A DNA stretch of 52,955 bases from Harriotta raleighana. Taxonomy: Eukaryota. A program made the translations under genes and the position numbers. The stretch is taken from assembly GCA_050575255.1 (NCBI GenBank), contig JBNZDD010013120.1, forward strand, positions 6,476 to 59,430, written 5' to 3'. Within the stretch, counting starts at the first letter, position 1. Each line of letters begins with the position of its first letter. Positions 13,813 to 30,721 of this stretch are shown piece by piece. The notes under the pieces are model-generated. The model saw nothing but the letters and a program-made list of their open reading frames with translations, did not search any database and was not told the origin of the DNA.

Positions 13813-14784
13813 ATGTTCAAAACATTATTACCTCTTATTAATATCTTTATAATAATCATCCCTGTGCTTTTAGCTGTTGCCTTCCTTACACTAGTCGAAC
13901 GCAAAGTTCTAGGATATATACAACACCGCAAAGGTCCTAACGTTGTTGGACCCTATGGGCTCCTTCAACCCATGGCAGATGGGTTAAAACTATTTATCAA
14001 AGAACCTATTCGCCCTTCTACCTCCTCCTCCTTTATATTTATACTAGCCCCAACTATAGCCCTAACACTAGCCTTAATTATATGAATACCTCTTCCCCTC
14101 CCCTACGCCCTTCTAGATATCAACTTAACCATTTTATTCATCCTTGCCCTATCGAGTCTTACAGTTTACGCCATCCTCGCCTCAGGCTGATCTTCAAACT
14201 CTAAATACGCATTAATAGGAGCTTTACGAGCAGTAGCCCAAACTATCTCCTATGAAGTCAGCCTAGGACTGATTCTATTATGCTTGATTATTCTCACTGG
14301 GAGTTACTCACTTATATCCTTTAACATTACACAAGAGAGCATTTGACTGCTAATTCCAGAATGACCCTTAGCCGCAATATGGTATATCTCAACACTAGCT
14401 GAAACTAATCGCGCTCCATTTGATCTCACCGAAGGAGAATCAGAACTAGTCTCAGGCTTCAACGTTGAGTACGCAGGAGGACCCTTTGCCCTACTATTTT
14501 TAGCAGAATATGCAAACATCCTAATAATAAATACCCTCTCAGCCATCCTATTTTTAGGAGCCCTACACAACCCCTTAATACCTGAACTAACCACCATTAA
14601 CCTCATACTAAAAGCAACTATTTTATCCTTAATATTCCTATGAGTACGAGCATCCTATCCTCGCTTCCGCTACGATCAACTCATACACCTTATCTGAAAA
14701 AACTTCCTTCCCCTATCTTTAGCTCTCATTCTATGACATGTCTCCCTCCCTATCGCTATAGCAAGCGTCCCCCCATCCATTTAA
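13813..14784 (+). CDS. ND1: NADH dehydrogenase subunit 1, copy 2
   Basis: Copy at +11248. Confidence 0.94.
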
Positions 14785-14998
14785 TATTAAGGAAATGTGC
14801 CTGAATTAAAGGACTATTTTGATAGAGTAGATAATAGAGGTTAAAGCCCCCTCATTTCCTTAGAACAATAGGACTCGAACCTACACAAAAGAGATCAAAA
14901 CTCTTTATGCTTCCTTACATCACATTCTAAGTAGGGTCAGCTAATTAAGCTTTTGGGCCCATACCCCGAACACGTTGGTTAAAATCCTTCCCCTACTA

Positions 14999-16042
14999 AT
15001 GAACCCATTAACAATATCCATCTTTATCTTAAGCCTAGGACTAGGCACAACTATCACCTTCTCTAGCTCCCATTGATTACTTGCCTGAATAGGCTTAGAA
15101 ATTAATACCATTGCCATCACCCCCTTAATAATTAAACAACATCACCCCCGAGCTGTAGAAGCAACAACAAAATATTTCCTAACACAAGCTACTGCATCCG
15201 CATTACTCTTATTCGCAGCTATCACCAACGCTTGAACAACCGGTCAGTGAAGCCTCCTAGAGATAGAAAACACAACTGCCATCTCTCTTATCACTATAGC
15301 CTTAGCCCTCAAATTAGGTCTTGCCCCAATACACTTTTGGCTCCCAGAGGTCCTCCAAGGGCTTGACTTAAAGACAGGCTTAATCTTGGCAACATGACAA
15401 AAACTCGCCCCTTTCATCATCCTAATCCAAATTGCACCAGCCCTAAACCCTTATATTATAACAATCCTAGCACTCCTCTCTACCTTTATTGGGGGTTGAG
15501 GGGGCCTCAACCAGACACAACTACGAAAAATCCTAGCCTACTCCTCAATCGCCCACCTAGGATGAATAACAATTATCCTACAATACTCTACTAATATCGC
15601 TCTTCTTAACCTTTTTCTATATTTAATTATTACTTCTACTATCTTCCTCTTATTTAATCTATTCAATTCAACAACAATCAACTCAATTTCTATAATAACA
15701 ACAAAAAATCCAGCTATTACACCTATTGCTATAATAACCCTCCTTTCCTTGGGGGGTCTTCCACCCCTCACAGGGTTCGTACCAAAATGATTAATTCTTC
15801 AAGAACTTGTTTATCAAGACATATTCTTAATCGCCACAATCATAGCAATATCCACCCTCCTAAGCTTATTCTTCTATCTCCGACTAACCTACGCCATTAC
15901 CCTAACAATAACCCCCAACACCATAAACATAACATCAATCTGAACAACAAAAAACAACCTGAAGCCCATTCTTCCTATCATTATTACCCTCTCAACAATA
16001 CTCCTCCCCCTAACCCCCTTGTTGCTCCTCACTCTCCAATAG
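14999..16042 (+). CDS. ND2: NADH dehydrogenase subunit 2, copy 2
   Basis: Copy at +11248. Confidence 0.94.
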
Positions 16043-16428
16043 AGACTTAAGTTAAACAAACTAAAAGCCTTCAAAGCTTTTTATAGAAGTTCAACTCTTC
16101 TAGTCCCTGTTAAGGTCTATAAGACTTTATCTCATATATTCTGAATGCAACTCAGATACTTTAATTAAGCTAAGACCTCACTAGATGGGTAAGCATCGAT
16201 CTTACAAACTTTTAGTTAACAGCTAAATATTCAAACCATCGAACATCCACCTAGGTCCTTCCTCTTCGCCTTTTAGGGGAAGAGAGGCGAGAGGAAGCCC
16301 CGGAAGGTCCTCCCTTCATTCCCGGAGTTGCAATCCGGTGTGAATTTCACTACGAGACTTGGTAAGAAGAGGTTCTACCCTCTGTAAACGGATTTACAAT
16401 CCACCACCTAAACTCGGCCATCTTACCT

Positions 16429-17988
<1,560 letters not shown>

Positions 17989-18124
17989 AATTGAACCCCC
18001 ATATTTTAGTTTCAAGCTAATTACATAACCACTCTGTCACTCTCTTAATAACACAAAGCACTAGTAAAAGTATTACATTATCTTGTCAAGATAAAATCAC
18101 GGGCTAAAAACCCGTGTGCTTTAA

Positions 18125-18815
18125 ATGGCACATCCCTCTCAATTAGGCTTTCAAGACGCAGCTTCCCCCGTAATAGAAGAACTCTTACACTTCCATGACC
18201 ACACCCTTATAATTGTGTTTTTAATCAGCACCCTGGTTCTTTATATCATCACTGTAATAGTGACAACCAAACTCACGAACAAATTTATTCTTGATTCACA
18301 AGGAATCGAAATTATTTGAACTATTCTTCCAGCTATTATTTTGATCTCAATTGCCCTTCCTTCACTTCGCATTCTCTATCTCATAGATGAAGTAATCAAC
18401 CCCCACCTAACCATTAAAGCAGTCGGACATCAATGATATTGAAGCTACGAATACACTGACTATGAAAACCTAGAATTTGACTCTTACATAGTACAAACAC
18501 AAGACTTAACCCCCGGTCAATTTCGACTCTTAGAAACTGACCATCGTATAGTAATTCCAATAGAGTCCCCAATTCGAATCCTAGTCTCAGCAGACGATGT
18601 TCTCCACTCCTGGTCTGTCCCAGCCCTGGGCGTAAAAATAGACGCTGTGCCAGGGCGACTAAACCAAACTGCTTTTCTAGTTACTCGCCCAGGTGTCTTT
18701 TACGGACAATGTTCAGAAATCTGTGGAGCTAATCACAGCTTTATACCAATTGTAGTAGAAGCCGTGCCTCTTCAACACTTCGAAAACTGATCTCTATTAA
18801 CATTAGAAGAAAGCT
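18125..18815 (+). CDS. COX2: cytochrome c oxidase subunit II, copy 2
   Basis: Copy at +11248. Confidence 0.94.
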
Positions 18816-18886
18816 CACTAAGAAGCTAAAGTACCAGCATTAGCCTTTTAAGCTAAAGATAGGTGACTCATAATCACCCTTAATGA

Positions 18887-19051
18887 ATGCCACAACTAAA
18901 CCCTAACCCGTGATTCCTAATTCTATTGTTTACATGAACTATCTTCCTAACAGTCCTTCCTAATAAAATTAATAAACATACTTTCACCAATAAACCAACA
19001 ATTAACTTAATCTCCCCAAAAACCAACACCTGAGTCTGACCATGAACTTAA
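18887..19051 (+). CDS. ATP8: ATP synthase F0 subunit 8, copy 2
   Basis: Copy at +11248. Confidence 0.94.
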
Positions 19052-19725
19052 GCTTCTTCGACCAATTCATAAGCCCCTCTCTAATAAACATCCCTCTTCT
19101 AGCTTTAGCCCTTACCCTTCCATGACTACTTTTCCCCACTCTTACAAACCGATGACTAAACAACCGCCTTATTACTCTACAAACATGGTTCATCGGCCAA
19201 TTCACCATCCAACTTCTAACCCCCATCAATGCAAAAGTTCACAAATGAGCAATAATCTTTTGTTCCCTTGTACTTCTTCTTATAACCTTAAACTTATTAG
19301 GGCTTTTACCCTACACCTTCACCCCTACGACTCAACTATCCCTAAACTTAGGACTAGCTATTCCCCTCTGATTAGCAACTGTTTTAGTAGGCATGATTAA
19401 TCAACCCACTACATCCCTTGGTCACCTCCTACCAGAAGGAACCCCTACTCCCCTCATTCCCATACTCATCATCATCGAAACAATTAGTCTCATAATTCGT
19501 CCTATTGCACTTGCAGTACGGCTTACAGCTAATCTGACAGCTGGCCACCTTTTAATACAACTTATTGCCACTGCAGCCTTCGTATTAATAAATTCTATAC
19601 CAGTAGTGGCTATACTGACTTCCATAGTTCTATTCTTACTTACCCTACTGGAAGTAGCAGTCGCACTCATCCAGGCCTATGTCTTCGTCCTCCTATTAAG
19701 TCTCTATCTACAAGAAAACACCTAA
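19042..19725 (+). CDS. ATP6: ATP synthase F0 subunit 6, copy 2
   Basis: Copy at +11248. Confidence 0.94.
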
Positions 19726-20510
19726 TGGCACACCAAGCACATCCATACCACATAGTAGATCAAAGCCCTTGACCTTTAACAGGAGCAGTTGCAGCCCTAC
19801 TTATAACATCGGGCCTAGCTATCTGATTTCATTACAATTCTTTTATTCTACTATCCACCGGACTTATCCTCCTACTATTGACTGTAATCCAATGATGACG
19901 AGATGTAATTCGAGAAAGTACCTTTCAAGGACACCACACACTCCCAGTACAAAAAGGACTACGATGAGGAATAGTCCTCTTTATTACATCTGAAGTTTTA
20001 TTCTTCTTTGGCTTCTTCTGAGCTTTTTACCACTCTAGTTTAGCCCCTACTCCAGAACTAGGAAACTGCTGGCCCCCTACAGGGGTATCTCCTTTAAACC
20101 CCTTTGAAGTACCCCTTCTAAATACAGCAATTTTATTAGCCTCAGGCGTAACAATCACCTGGGCCCATCATAGCCTGATAGAAGGGTCCCGAAAAGAGAT
20201 AACACAAGCCCTAACATTAACAGTTCTTCTAGGGGTGTACTTCACACTTCTACAAGCAATAGAATACTACGAAGCCCCCTTTACAATTTCTGACGGGGTC
20301 TACGGCTCCACATTCTTCGTTGCCACAGGATTCCACGGCCTGCACGTCATCATCGGCACTACCTTTCTCATGGTTTGCCTAGCACGCCAAATCCAATTTC
20401 ATTTTACCTCAATGCACCACTTTGGCTTTGAAGCCGCAGCCTGATACTGACACTTTGTAGATGTTGTCTGATTATTCCTTTACGTGTCAATTTATTGATG
20501 AGGCTCATAA
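19725..20510 (+). CDS. COX3: cytochrome c oxidase subunit III, copy 2
   Basis: Copy at +11248. Confidence 0.94.
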
Positions 20511-20578
20511 ATCTTTCTAGTAAAATTTTACAAATGACTTCCAATCATTTAATCTTGGTTAAAACCCAAGGAGAGATA

Positions 20579-20929
20579 ATGAACCTCATTATTCTTGTTT
20601 TCATTGTATGCTTTACATTATCTTCAATTCTAGTAACCATTGCTTTTTGATTACCCCAATTCAAACCGGATGGAGAGAAACTCTCCCCGTATGAATGTGG
20701 TTTTGACCCACTGGGCTCTGCCCGTCTACCCTTTTCCCTTCGCTTCTTCCTTGTCGCTATTCTTTTTTTATTATTCGATCTAGAAATTGCCCTTCTTCTT
20801 CCTATTCCTTGAAGTAATCAACTAGAATCCCCAACAATAACCCTCACTGCTGCCCTACTTATTATCATCCTTCTCACACTAGGCCTGGTATACGAATGAC
20901 TCCAAGGAGGTTTAGAATGAGCAGAATAG
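20579..20929 (+). CDS. ND3: NADH dehydrogenase subunit 3, copy 2
   Basis: Copy at +11248. Confidence 0.94.
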
Positions 20930-20996
20930 GTGTTTAATCTAAACAAGAACACTAATTTCGACTTAGTACATCGTGATGAAAACACACGAACACCTT

Positions 20997-21293
20997 ATGA
21001 CACCCTTACACTTCACATTCTCCGCAGCTTTCACATTAAGCTTCTTCGGCCTAACAATTCACCGTACATATCTCCTCTCCGCCCTTCTTTGTTTAGAAGG
21101 AATAATACTAACACTATATGTCGCTCTAACCCTCTGATCTGTACAAAACAGCTCTTCCAACTACTTAGTAAGCCCCCTAATCCTACTAGCCTTTTCAGCA
21201 TGTGAAGCATGTACAGGCCTAGCCCTTCTAGTAGCTACCACCCGCACCCATGGAAGTAATCACTTACAAAACCTAAATCTCCTACAATGCTAA
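20997..21293 (+). CDS. ND4L: NADH dehydrogenase subunit 4L, copy 2
   Basis: Copy at +11248. Confidence 0.94.
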
Positions 21294-22663
21294 AAATTCT
21301 AATCCCCACCCTTATACTAATAACCTTTACCTGACTTACCCCCAAAAAATGATTATGAACAACAACAACTTCTCACGCCTTCCTCATTGCTGTCGCCTCT
21401 CTAATTTGATTTAAATGGGATAACGAAACTGGCTGAACTTTTACTAATAATTTTGTAGGGGTAGACCCCCTCTCCGCCCCCTTGATAATCCTCACCTGTT
21501 GACTTCTCCCTTTAATAATAATAGCCAGTCAAAATCACCTAAAAACGGAGCCCATTAATCACCAACGAGCCTACATTACCCTTTTAATCACCTTACAATT
21601 ATCCCTAACCATAGCCTTCAGTTCCCTAGAAATGATTTCATTCTACATTATATTCGAAACCACCCTCATCCCAACACTTATTCTCATCACCCGATGAGGA
21701 AACCAAAAAGAACGACTCAACGCAGGTATCTACTTCCTATTTTATACCCTAGCAGGCTCCCTCCCCCTTTTAGTTGCCCTCCTTACCCTCCAAAACTGAA
21801 CACACTCCTTATCTTTGTTCATCCTTCCATTTACACAAACCCAAACAAACGACTGAGGTAATATTTTATGATGAGCCGCCTGCTTAACTGCCTTCTTAGT
21901 AAAAATACCCCTCTACGGAGTTCACCTCTGACTACCCAAAGCCCATGTAGAAGCCCCTATCGCAGGCTCTATGATTTTAGCAGCTATCCTACTAAAACTA
22001 GGAGGATACGGATTAATACGTATTATTGTAGTCCTAAATCCCTTAACCAAAGACTACGCCTACCCCTTCATCATCCTCTCCGTCTGGGGCATTGTAATAG
22101 CTGGCTCTATTTGTATACGTCAGACAGATCTGAAATCCCTAATCGCTTATTCATCCGTCAGTCATATGGGCCTTGTAACTGCTGCTATTCTTATCCAAAC
22201 CCCCTGAAGCTTCATAGGGGCGATATTACTAATGATCTCTCACGGATTAATCTCCTCCGCCCTATTCTGCTTAGCTAATACAAACTATGAACGAATCCAT
22301 AGCCGCACCCTTCTGCTAGCCCGAGGAATTCAGACGATCCTTCCACTAATAGCATCCTGATGATTCCTAACCAACCTAGCTAATCTAGCTCTTCCTCCCT
22401 CTACTAACTTAATAGGAGAACTATTAATCATGACCTCCCTATTCTCCTGATCTGTTTGAACCCTTATTTTAACAGGGTTTGGCACTCTTATTACAGTTTG
22501 CTACTCCCTTTATATGTTCCTAATAACCCAACGAGGTCTCACTCCCTCTCATTTAATTACCCTCCACCCTTCCCACACACGAGAACACCTAATAATTAGT
22601 CTCCATCTCATCCCCTCCGCTCTCTTAATTCTTTCTCCCAACCTTATTTTAGGATGAACATAA
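21287..22663 (+). CDS. ND4: NADH dehydrogenase subunit 4 (complete)
   Basis: ATG..TAA, 1377 bp; PSHTREHL near C-terminus; last A shared with trnH. Confidence 0.95.
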
Positions 22664-22731
22664 CAGGTATAGTTTAACTAAAACAATAAATTGTGGTTTT
22701 ATAAATGAAAGTTAAAATCTTTTTGTCCGTC
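22663..22731 (+). tRNA. trnH: tRNA-His (GTG)
   Basis: ataaa-ttgtggt-tttat arm; HSL cluster. Confidence 0.87.
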
Positions 22732-22799
22732 GAACAAGACTAAGGAGTACAAAGAATTGCTAATTCTCGAAACCATAGTTCAACTCTATGGCTTGATCA
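22732..22799 (+). tRNA. trnS1: tRNA-Ser (AGY, GCT), D-arm-less
   Basis: agaa-ttgctaa-ttct arm, ccatag/ctatgg T arm. Confidence 0.85.
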
Positions 22800-22871
22800 A
22801 CTCCTAAAAGATAATAGTCATCTATTGGTCTTAGGAACCAAAAATTCTTGGTGCAACCCCAAGTAGAAGTA
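22800..22871 (+). tRNA. trnL1: tRNA-Leu (CUN, TAG)
   Basis: ttggt-cttagga-accaa, cttgg-tgcaacc-ccaag. Confidence 0.9.
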
Positions 22872-23352
22872 ATGAATAGCATCTTCAACTCAGCCTACCT
22901 TATGATTCTACTACTACTCTTCTTCCCCCTAATTTTACCATTATTCCAAAATGCCTTTGATAAAAACATAGAAAATCACGCTAAATGAGCAATCAAATTA
23001 AGCTTCTTCATCAGCCTCGTCCCCCTTGCTATATTTATTGAACAAGGAGTTCAAACCATTATCACAAACATTTCATGAATCAACCTACCCTTATTTAACA
23101 TCAACCTTAGTTTCAAATTCGACACATACTCCGTCATGTTTACATCTGTAGCCTTATACGTTACATGATCCATCCTAGAATTTACATCCTGATACATGTC
23201 CTCTGACCCTAATATTAACCGCTTCTTCAAATACTTACTCCTGTTTTTAATTACTATAATCCTCCTAGTTACTGCTAATAATATATTTCAACTCTTTATT
23301 GGCTGAGAAGGAGTAGGCATTATATCCTTCCTACTAATTGGATGATGGTACG
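22872..23352 (+). CDS. ND5: NADH dehydrogenase subunit 5 (3' truncated at N gap)
   Basis: ATG after trnL; [21 protein letters not shown]. Confidence 0.92.
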
Positions 23353-23362
23353 NNNNNNNNNN

Positions 23363-24733
23363 AGTGCTAACCCTTCTCTGTGGCAAAAGAGTGGGAAGAT
23401 CTCCGAGTAGAGGTGATAGACCTACCGAGTTTAGTGATAGCTGGTTAGTTAGGAAAAGAATTTTAGTTCTACGTCAATCTCTCTTTTACTCTTTTTAAAC
23501 TTTTATAATTAAAGAACAAGAAGAAATTGATAGCTATTCAAAAGAGGTACAACTCTTTTGAAAAAGGATACAACCTTAACAGAGGTGGATAAAGATTATA
23601 TTAACTAAGGAATTTATTATTGTGGGCCTAAAAGCAGCCATCTTCCCTGAAAGCGTTACAGCTCTAATAAACAAGACACCAATTATACAAATAAACAATC
23701 TCAACCCCCTTTTACTACTAACTTATTTTATTTAATTAAAAGAATTTATGCTAGAATGAGTAACAAGAAAGTGAATTTCTCCTTTTACCCGTGTAAGTCA
23801 GAAAGAACCAATCACTGACAATTAACGACCCCAGATTGAGGGTATTATTTACCCACAAAATAGACGAGAAAAACAAATAATTAAACATCGTTAACCCTAC
23901 ACAGGAGTAAATTAAGGAAAGATTAAAAAAGAAGGAAGGAACTCGGCAAACACAAATTCCGCCTGTTTACCAAAAACATCGCCTCCTGAACATTGAATAT
24001 AGGAGGTCACGCCTGCCCACTGACATTAGTTTAACGGCCGCGGTATTCTGACCGTGCAAAGGTAGCGTAATCACTTGTCTTTTAAATGAAGACCTGTATG
24101 AAAGGCATCACGAGATTTTACCTGTCTCCCTTCTTCAATCAGTGAAATTGATCTACCCGTGCAGAAGCGGGTATATATACATAAGACGAGAAGACCCTAT
24201 GGAGCTTTAAATAATATATTAATAAAACGAATTTACAACCCCCAGGGGATAAGAAATGGACTTAGCATAATAAAATTATTTTTGGTTGGGGCAACCACGG
24301 GGTATAAAATAACCCCCGTATCGACCGGGCACACCATGCCTAAAAAATAGAACAACAATTCTATTTAATAAAACATTTAACGAGCAATGACCCAGAGTAT
24401 ATCTGATTAATGAACCAAGTTACCCTAGGGATAACAGCGCAATCCTTTTCCAGAGTCCCTATCGACGAAAGGGTTTACGACCTCGATGTTGGATCAGGAC
24501 ATCCTAATGGTGCAACCGCTATTAAGGGTTCGTTTGTTCAACGATTAATAGTCCTACGTGATCTGAGTTCAGACCGGAGAAATCCAGGTCAGTTTCTATC
24601 TATGTAGTCGTTTCTCCTAGTACGAAAGGACCGGAAAAACAGAGCCTCTGCTACAAGCACGCTCTATCTTAACCCTCTGTTACCCACTAAAAAGGGCAAT
24701 AAGAGGCACCCCCCTACCCTAGATAAGGGTATT
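23363..24733 (+). rRNA. rrnL: 16S rRNA (5' truncated), copy 3
   Basis: Copy of 1119-2489. Confidence 0.93.
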
Positions 24734-24808
24734 ATTAAGGTGGCAGAGCCAGGTAATTGCAAAAGCCCTAAACCCTTTGTGTCAGAGGTTCAAATCCTCT
24801 CCTTAATA

Positions 24809-25780
24809 ATGTTCAAAACATTATTACCTCTTATTAATATCTTTATAATAATCATCCCTGTGCTTTTAGCTGTTGCCTTCCTTACACTAGTCGAACGCAA
24901 AGTTCTAGGATATATACAACACCGCAAAGGTCCTAACGTTGTTGGACCCTATGGGCTCCTTCAACCCATGGCAGATGGGTTAAAACTATTTATCAAAGAA
25001 CCTATTCGCCCTTCTACCTCCTCCTCCTTTATATTTATACTAGCCCCAACTATAGCCCTAACACTAGCCTTAATTATATGAATACCTCTTCCCCTCCCCT
25101 ACGCCCTTCTAGATATCAACTTAACCATTTTATTCATCCTTGCCCTATCGAGTCTTACAGTTTACGCCATCCTCGCCTCAGGCTGATCTTCAAACTCTAA
25201 ATACGCATTAATAGGAGCTTTACGAGCAGTAGCCCAAACTATCTCCTATGAAGTCAGCCTAGGACTGATTCTATTATGCTTGATTATTCTCACTGGGAGT
25301 TACTCACTTATATCCTTTAACATTACACAAGAGAGCATTTGACTGCTAATTCCAGAATGACCCTTAGCCGCAATATGGTATATCTCAACACTAGCTGAAA
25401 CTAATCGCGCTCCATTTGATCTCACCGAAGGAGAATCAGAACTAGTCTCAGGCTTCAACGTTGAGTACGCAGGAGGACCCTTTGCCCTACTATTTTTAGC
25501 AGAATATGCAAACATCCTAATAATAAATACCCTCTCAGCCATCCTATTTTTAGGAGCCCTACACAACCCCTTAATACCTGAACTAACCACCATTAACCTC
25601 ATACTAAAAGCAACTATTTTATCCTTAATATTCCTATGAGTACGAGCATCCTATCCTCGCTTCCGCTACGATCAACTCATACACCTTATCTGAAAAAACT
25701 TCCTTCCCCTATCTTTAGCTCTCATTCTATGACATGTCTCCCTCCCTATCGCTATAGCAAGCGTCCCCCCATCCATTTAA
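24809..25780 (+). CDS. ND1: NADH dehydrogenase subunit 1, copy 3
   Basis: Copy at +22244. Confidence 0.94.
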
Positions 25781-25994
25781 TATTAAGGAAATGTGCCTGA
25801 ATTAAAGGACTATTTTGATAGAGTAGATAATAGAGGTTAAAGCCCCCTCATTTCCTTAGAACAATAGGACTCGAACCTACACAAAAGAGATCAAAACTCT
25901 TTATGCTTCCTTACATCACATTCTAAGTAGGGTCAGCTAATTAAGCTTTTGGGCCCATACCCCGAACACGTTGGTTAAAATCCTTCCCCTACTA

Positions 25995-27038
25995 ATGAAC
26001 CCATTAACAATATCCATCTTTATCTTAAGCCTAGGACTAGGCACAACTATCACCTTCTCTAGCTCCCATTGATTACTTGCCTGAATAGGCTTAGAAATTA
26101 ATACCATTGCCATCACCCCCTTAATAATTAAACAACATCACCCCCGAGCTGTAGAAGCAACAACAAAATATTTCCTAACACAAGCTACTGCATCCGCATT
26201 ACTCTTATTCGCAGCTATCACCAACGCTTGAACAACCGGTCAGTGAAGCCTCCTAGAGATAGAAAACACAACTGCCATCTCTCTTATCACTATAGCCTTA
26301 GCCCTCAAATTAGGTCTTGCCCCAATACACTTTTGGCTCCCAGAGGTCCTCCAAGGGCTTGACTTAAAGACAGGCTTAATCTTGGCAACATGACAAAAAC
26401 TCGCCCCTTTCATCATCCTAATCCAAATTGCACCAGCCCTAAACCCTTATATTATAACAATCCTAGCACTCCTCTCTACCTTTATTGGGGGTTGAGGGGG
26501 CCTCAACCAGACACAACTACGAAAAATCCTAGCCTACTCCTCAATCGCCCACCTAGGATGAATAACAATTATCCTACAATACTCTACTAATATCGCTCTT
26601 CTTAACCTTTTTCTATATTTAATTATTACTTCTACTATCTTCCTCTTATTTAATCTATTCAATTCAACAACAATCAACTCAATTTCTATAATAACAACAA
26701 AAAATCCAGCTATTACACCTATTGCTATAATAACCCTCCTTTCCTTGGGGGGTCTTCCACCCCTCACAGGGTTCGTACCAAAATGATTAATTCTTCAAGA
26801 ACTTGTTTATCAAGACATATTCTTAATCGCCACAATCATAGCAATATCCACCCTCCTAAGCTTATTCTTCTATCTCCGACTAACCTACGCCATTACCCTA
26901 ACAATAACCCCCAACACCATAAACATAACATCAATCTGAACAACAAAAAACAACCTGAAGCCCATTCTTCCTATCATTATTACCCTCTCAACAATACTCC
27001 TCCCCCTAACCCCCTTGTTGCTCCTCACTCTCCAATAG
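25995..27038 (+). CDS. ND2: NADH dehydrogenase subunit 2, copy 3
   Basis: Copy at +22244. Confidence 0.94.
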
Positions 27039-27424
27039 AGACTTAAGTTAAACAAACTAAAAGCCTTCAAAGCTTTTTATAGAAGTTCAACTCTTCTAGT
27101 CCCTGTTAAGGTCTATAAGACTTTATCTCATATATTCTGAATGCAACTCAGATACTTTAATTAAGCTAAGACCTCACTAGATGGGTAAGCATCGATCTTA
27201 CAAACTTTTAGTTAACAGCTAAATATTCAAACCATCGAACATCCACCTAGGTCCTTCCTCTTCGCCTTTTAGGGGAAGAGAGGCGAGAGGAAGCCCCGGA
27301 AGGTCCTCCCTTCATTCCCGGAGTTGCAATCCGGTGTGAATTTCACTACGAGACTTGGTAAGAAGAGGTTCTACCCTCTGTAAACGGATTTACAATCCAC
27401 CACCTAAACTCGGCCATCTTACCT

Positions 27425-28984
<1,560 letters not shown>

Positions 28985-29120
28985 AATTGAACCCCCATAT
29001 TTTAGTTTCAAGCTAATTACATAACCACTCTGTCACTCTCTTAATAACACAAAGCACTAGTAAAAGTATTACATTATCTTGTCAAGATAAAATCACGGGC
29101 TAAAAACCCGTGTGCTTTAA

Positions 29121-29811
29121 ATGGCACATCCCTCTCAATTAGGCTTTCAAGACGCAGCTTCCCCCGTAATAGAAGAACTCTTACACTTCCATGACCACAC
29201 CCTTATAATTGTGTTTTTAATCAGCACCCTGGTTCTTTATATCATCACTGTAATAGTGACAACCAAACTCACGAACAAATTTATTCTTGATTCACAAGGA
29301 ATCGAAATTATTTGAACTATTCTTCCAGCTATTATTTTGATCTCAATTGCCCTTCCTTCACTTCGCATTCTCTATCTCATAGATGAAGTAATCAACCCCC
29401 ACCTAACCATTAAAGCAGTCGGACATCAATGATATTGAAGCTACGAATACACTGACTATGAAAACCTAGAATTTGACTCTTACATAGTACAAACACAAGA
29501 CTTAACCCCCGGTCAATTTCGACTCTTAGAAACTGACCATCGTATAGTAATTCCAATAGAGTCCCCAATTCGAATCCTAGTCTCAGCAGACGATGTTCTC
29601 CACTCCTGGTCTGTCCCAGCCCTGGGCGTAAAAATAGACGCTGTGCCAGGGCGACTAAACCAAACTGCTTTTCTAGTTACTCGCCCAGGTGTCTTTTACG
29701 GACAATGTTCAGAAATCTGTGGAGCTAATCACAGCTTTATACCAATTGTAGTAGAAGCCGTGCCTCTTCAACACTTCGAAAACTGATCTCTATTAACATT
29801 AGAAGAAAGCT
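29121..29811 (+). CDS. COX2: cytochrome c oxidase subunit II, copy 3
   Basis: Copy at +22244. Confidence 0.94.
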
Positions 29812-29882
29812 CACTAAGAAGCTAAAGTACCAGCATTAGCCTTTTAAGCTAAAGATAGGTGACTCATAATCACCCTTAATGA

Positions 29883-30047
29883 ATGCCACAACTAAACCCT
29901 AACCCGTGATTCCTAATTCTATTGTTTACATGAACTATCTTCCTAACAGTCCTTCCTAATAAAATTAATAAACATACTTTCACCAATAAACCAACAATTA
30001 ACTTAATCTCCCCAAAAACCAACACCTGAGTCTGACCATGAACTTAA
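29883..30047 (+). CDS. ATP8: ATP synthase F0 subunit 8, copy 3
   Basis: Copy at +22244. Confidence 0.94.
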
Positions 30048-30721
30048 GCTTCTTCGACCAATTCATAAGCCCCTCTCTAATAAACATCCCTCTTCTAGCT
30101 TTAGCCCTTACCCTTCCATGACTACTTTTCCCCACTCTTACAAACCGATGACTAAACAACCGCCTTATTACTCTACAAACATGGTTCATCGGCCAATTCA
30201 CCATCCAACTTCTAACCCCCATCAATGCAAAAGTTCACAAATGAGCAATAATCTTTTGTTCCCTTGTACTTCTTCTTATAACCTTAAACTTATTAGGGCT
30301 TTTACCCTACACCTTCACCCCTACGACTCAACTATCCCTAAACTTAGGACTAGCTATTCCCCTCTGATTAGCAACTGTTTTAGTAGGCATGATTAATCAA
30401 CCCACTACATCCCTTGGTCACCTCCTACCAGAAGGAACCCCTACTCCCCTCATTCCCATACTCATCATCATCGAAACAATTAGTCTCATAATTCGTCCTA
30501 TTGCACTTGCAGTACGGCTTACAGCTAATCTGACAGCTGGCCACCTTTTAATACAACTTATTGCCACTGCAGCCTTCGTATTAATAAATTCTATACCAGT
30601 AGTGGCTATACTGACTTCCATAGTTCTATTCTTACTTACCCTACTGGAAGTAGCAGTCGCACTCATCCAGGCCTATGTCTTCGTCCTCCTATTAAGTCTC
30701 TATCTACAAGAAAACACCTAA
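30038..30721 (+). CDS. ATP6: ATP synthase F0 subunit 6, copy 3
   Basis: Copy at +22244. Confidence 0.94.

Noticed and set aside
22732-22799. D-arm-less tRNA-Ser, GTG start of COX1, incomplete stops and short gene overlaps
   Set aside because: All are standard vertebrate mitochondrial features.
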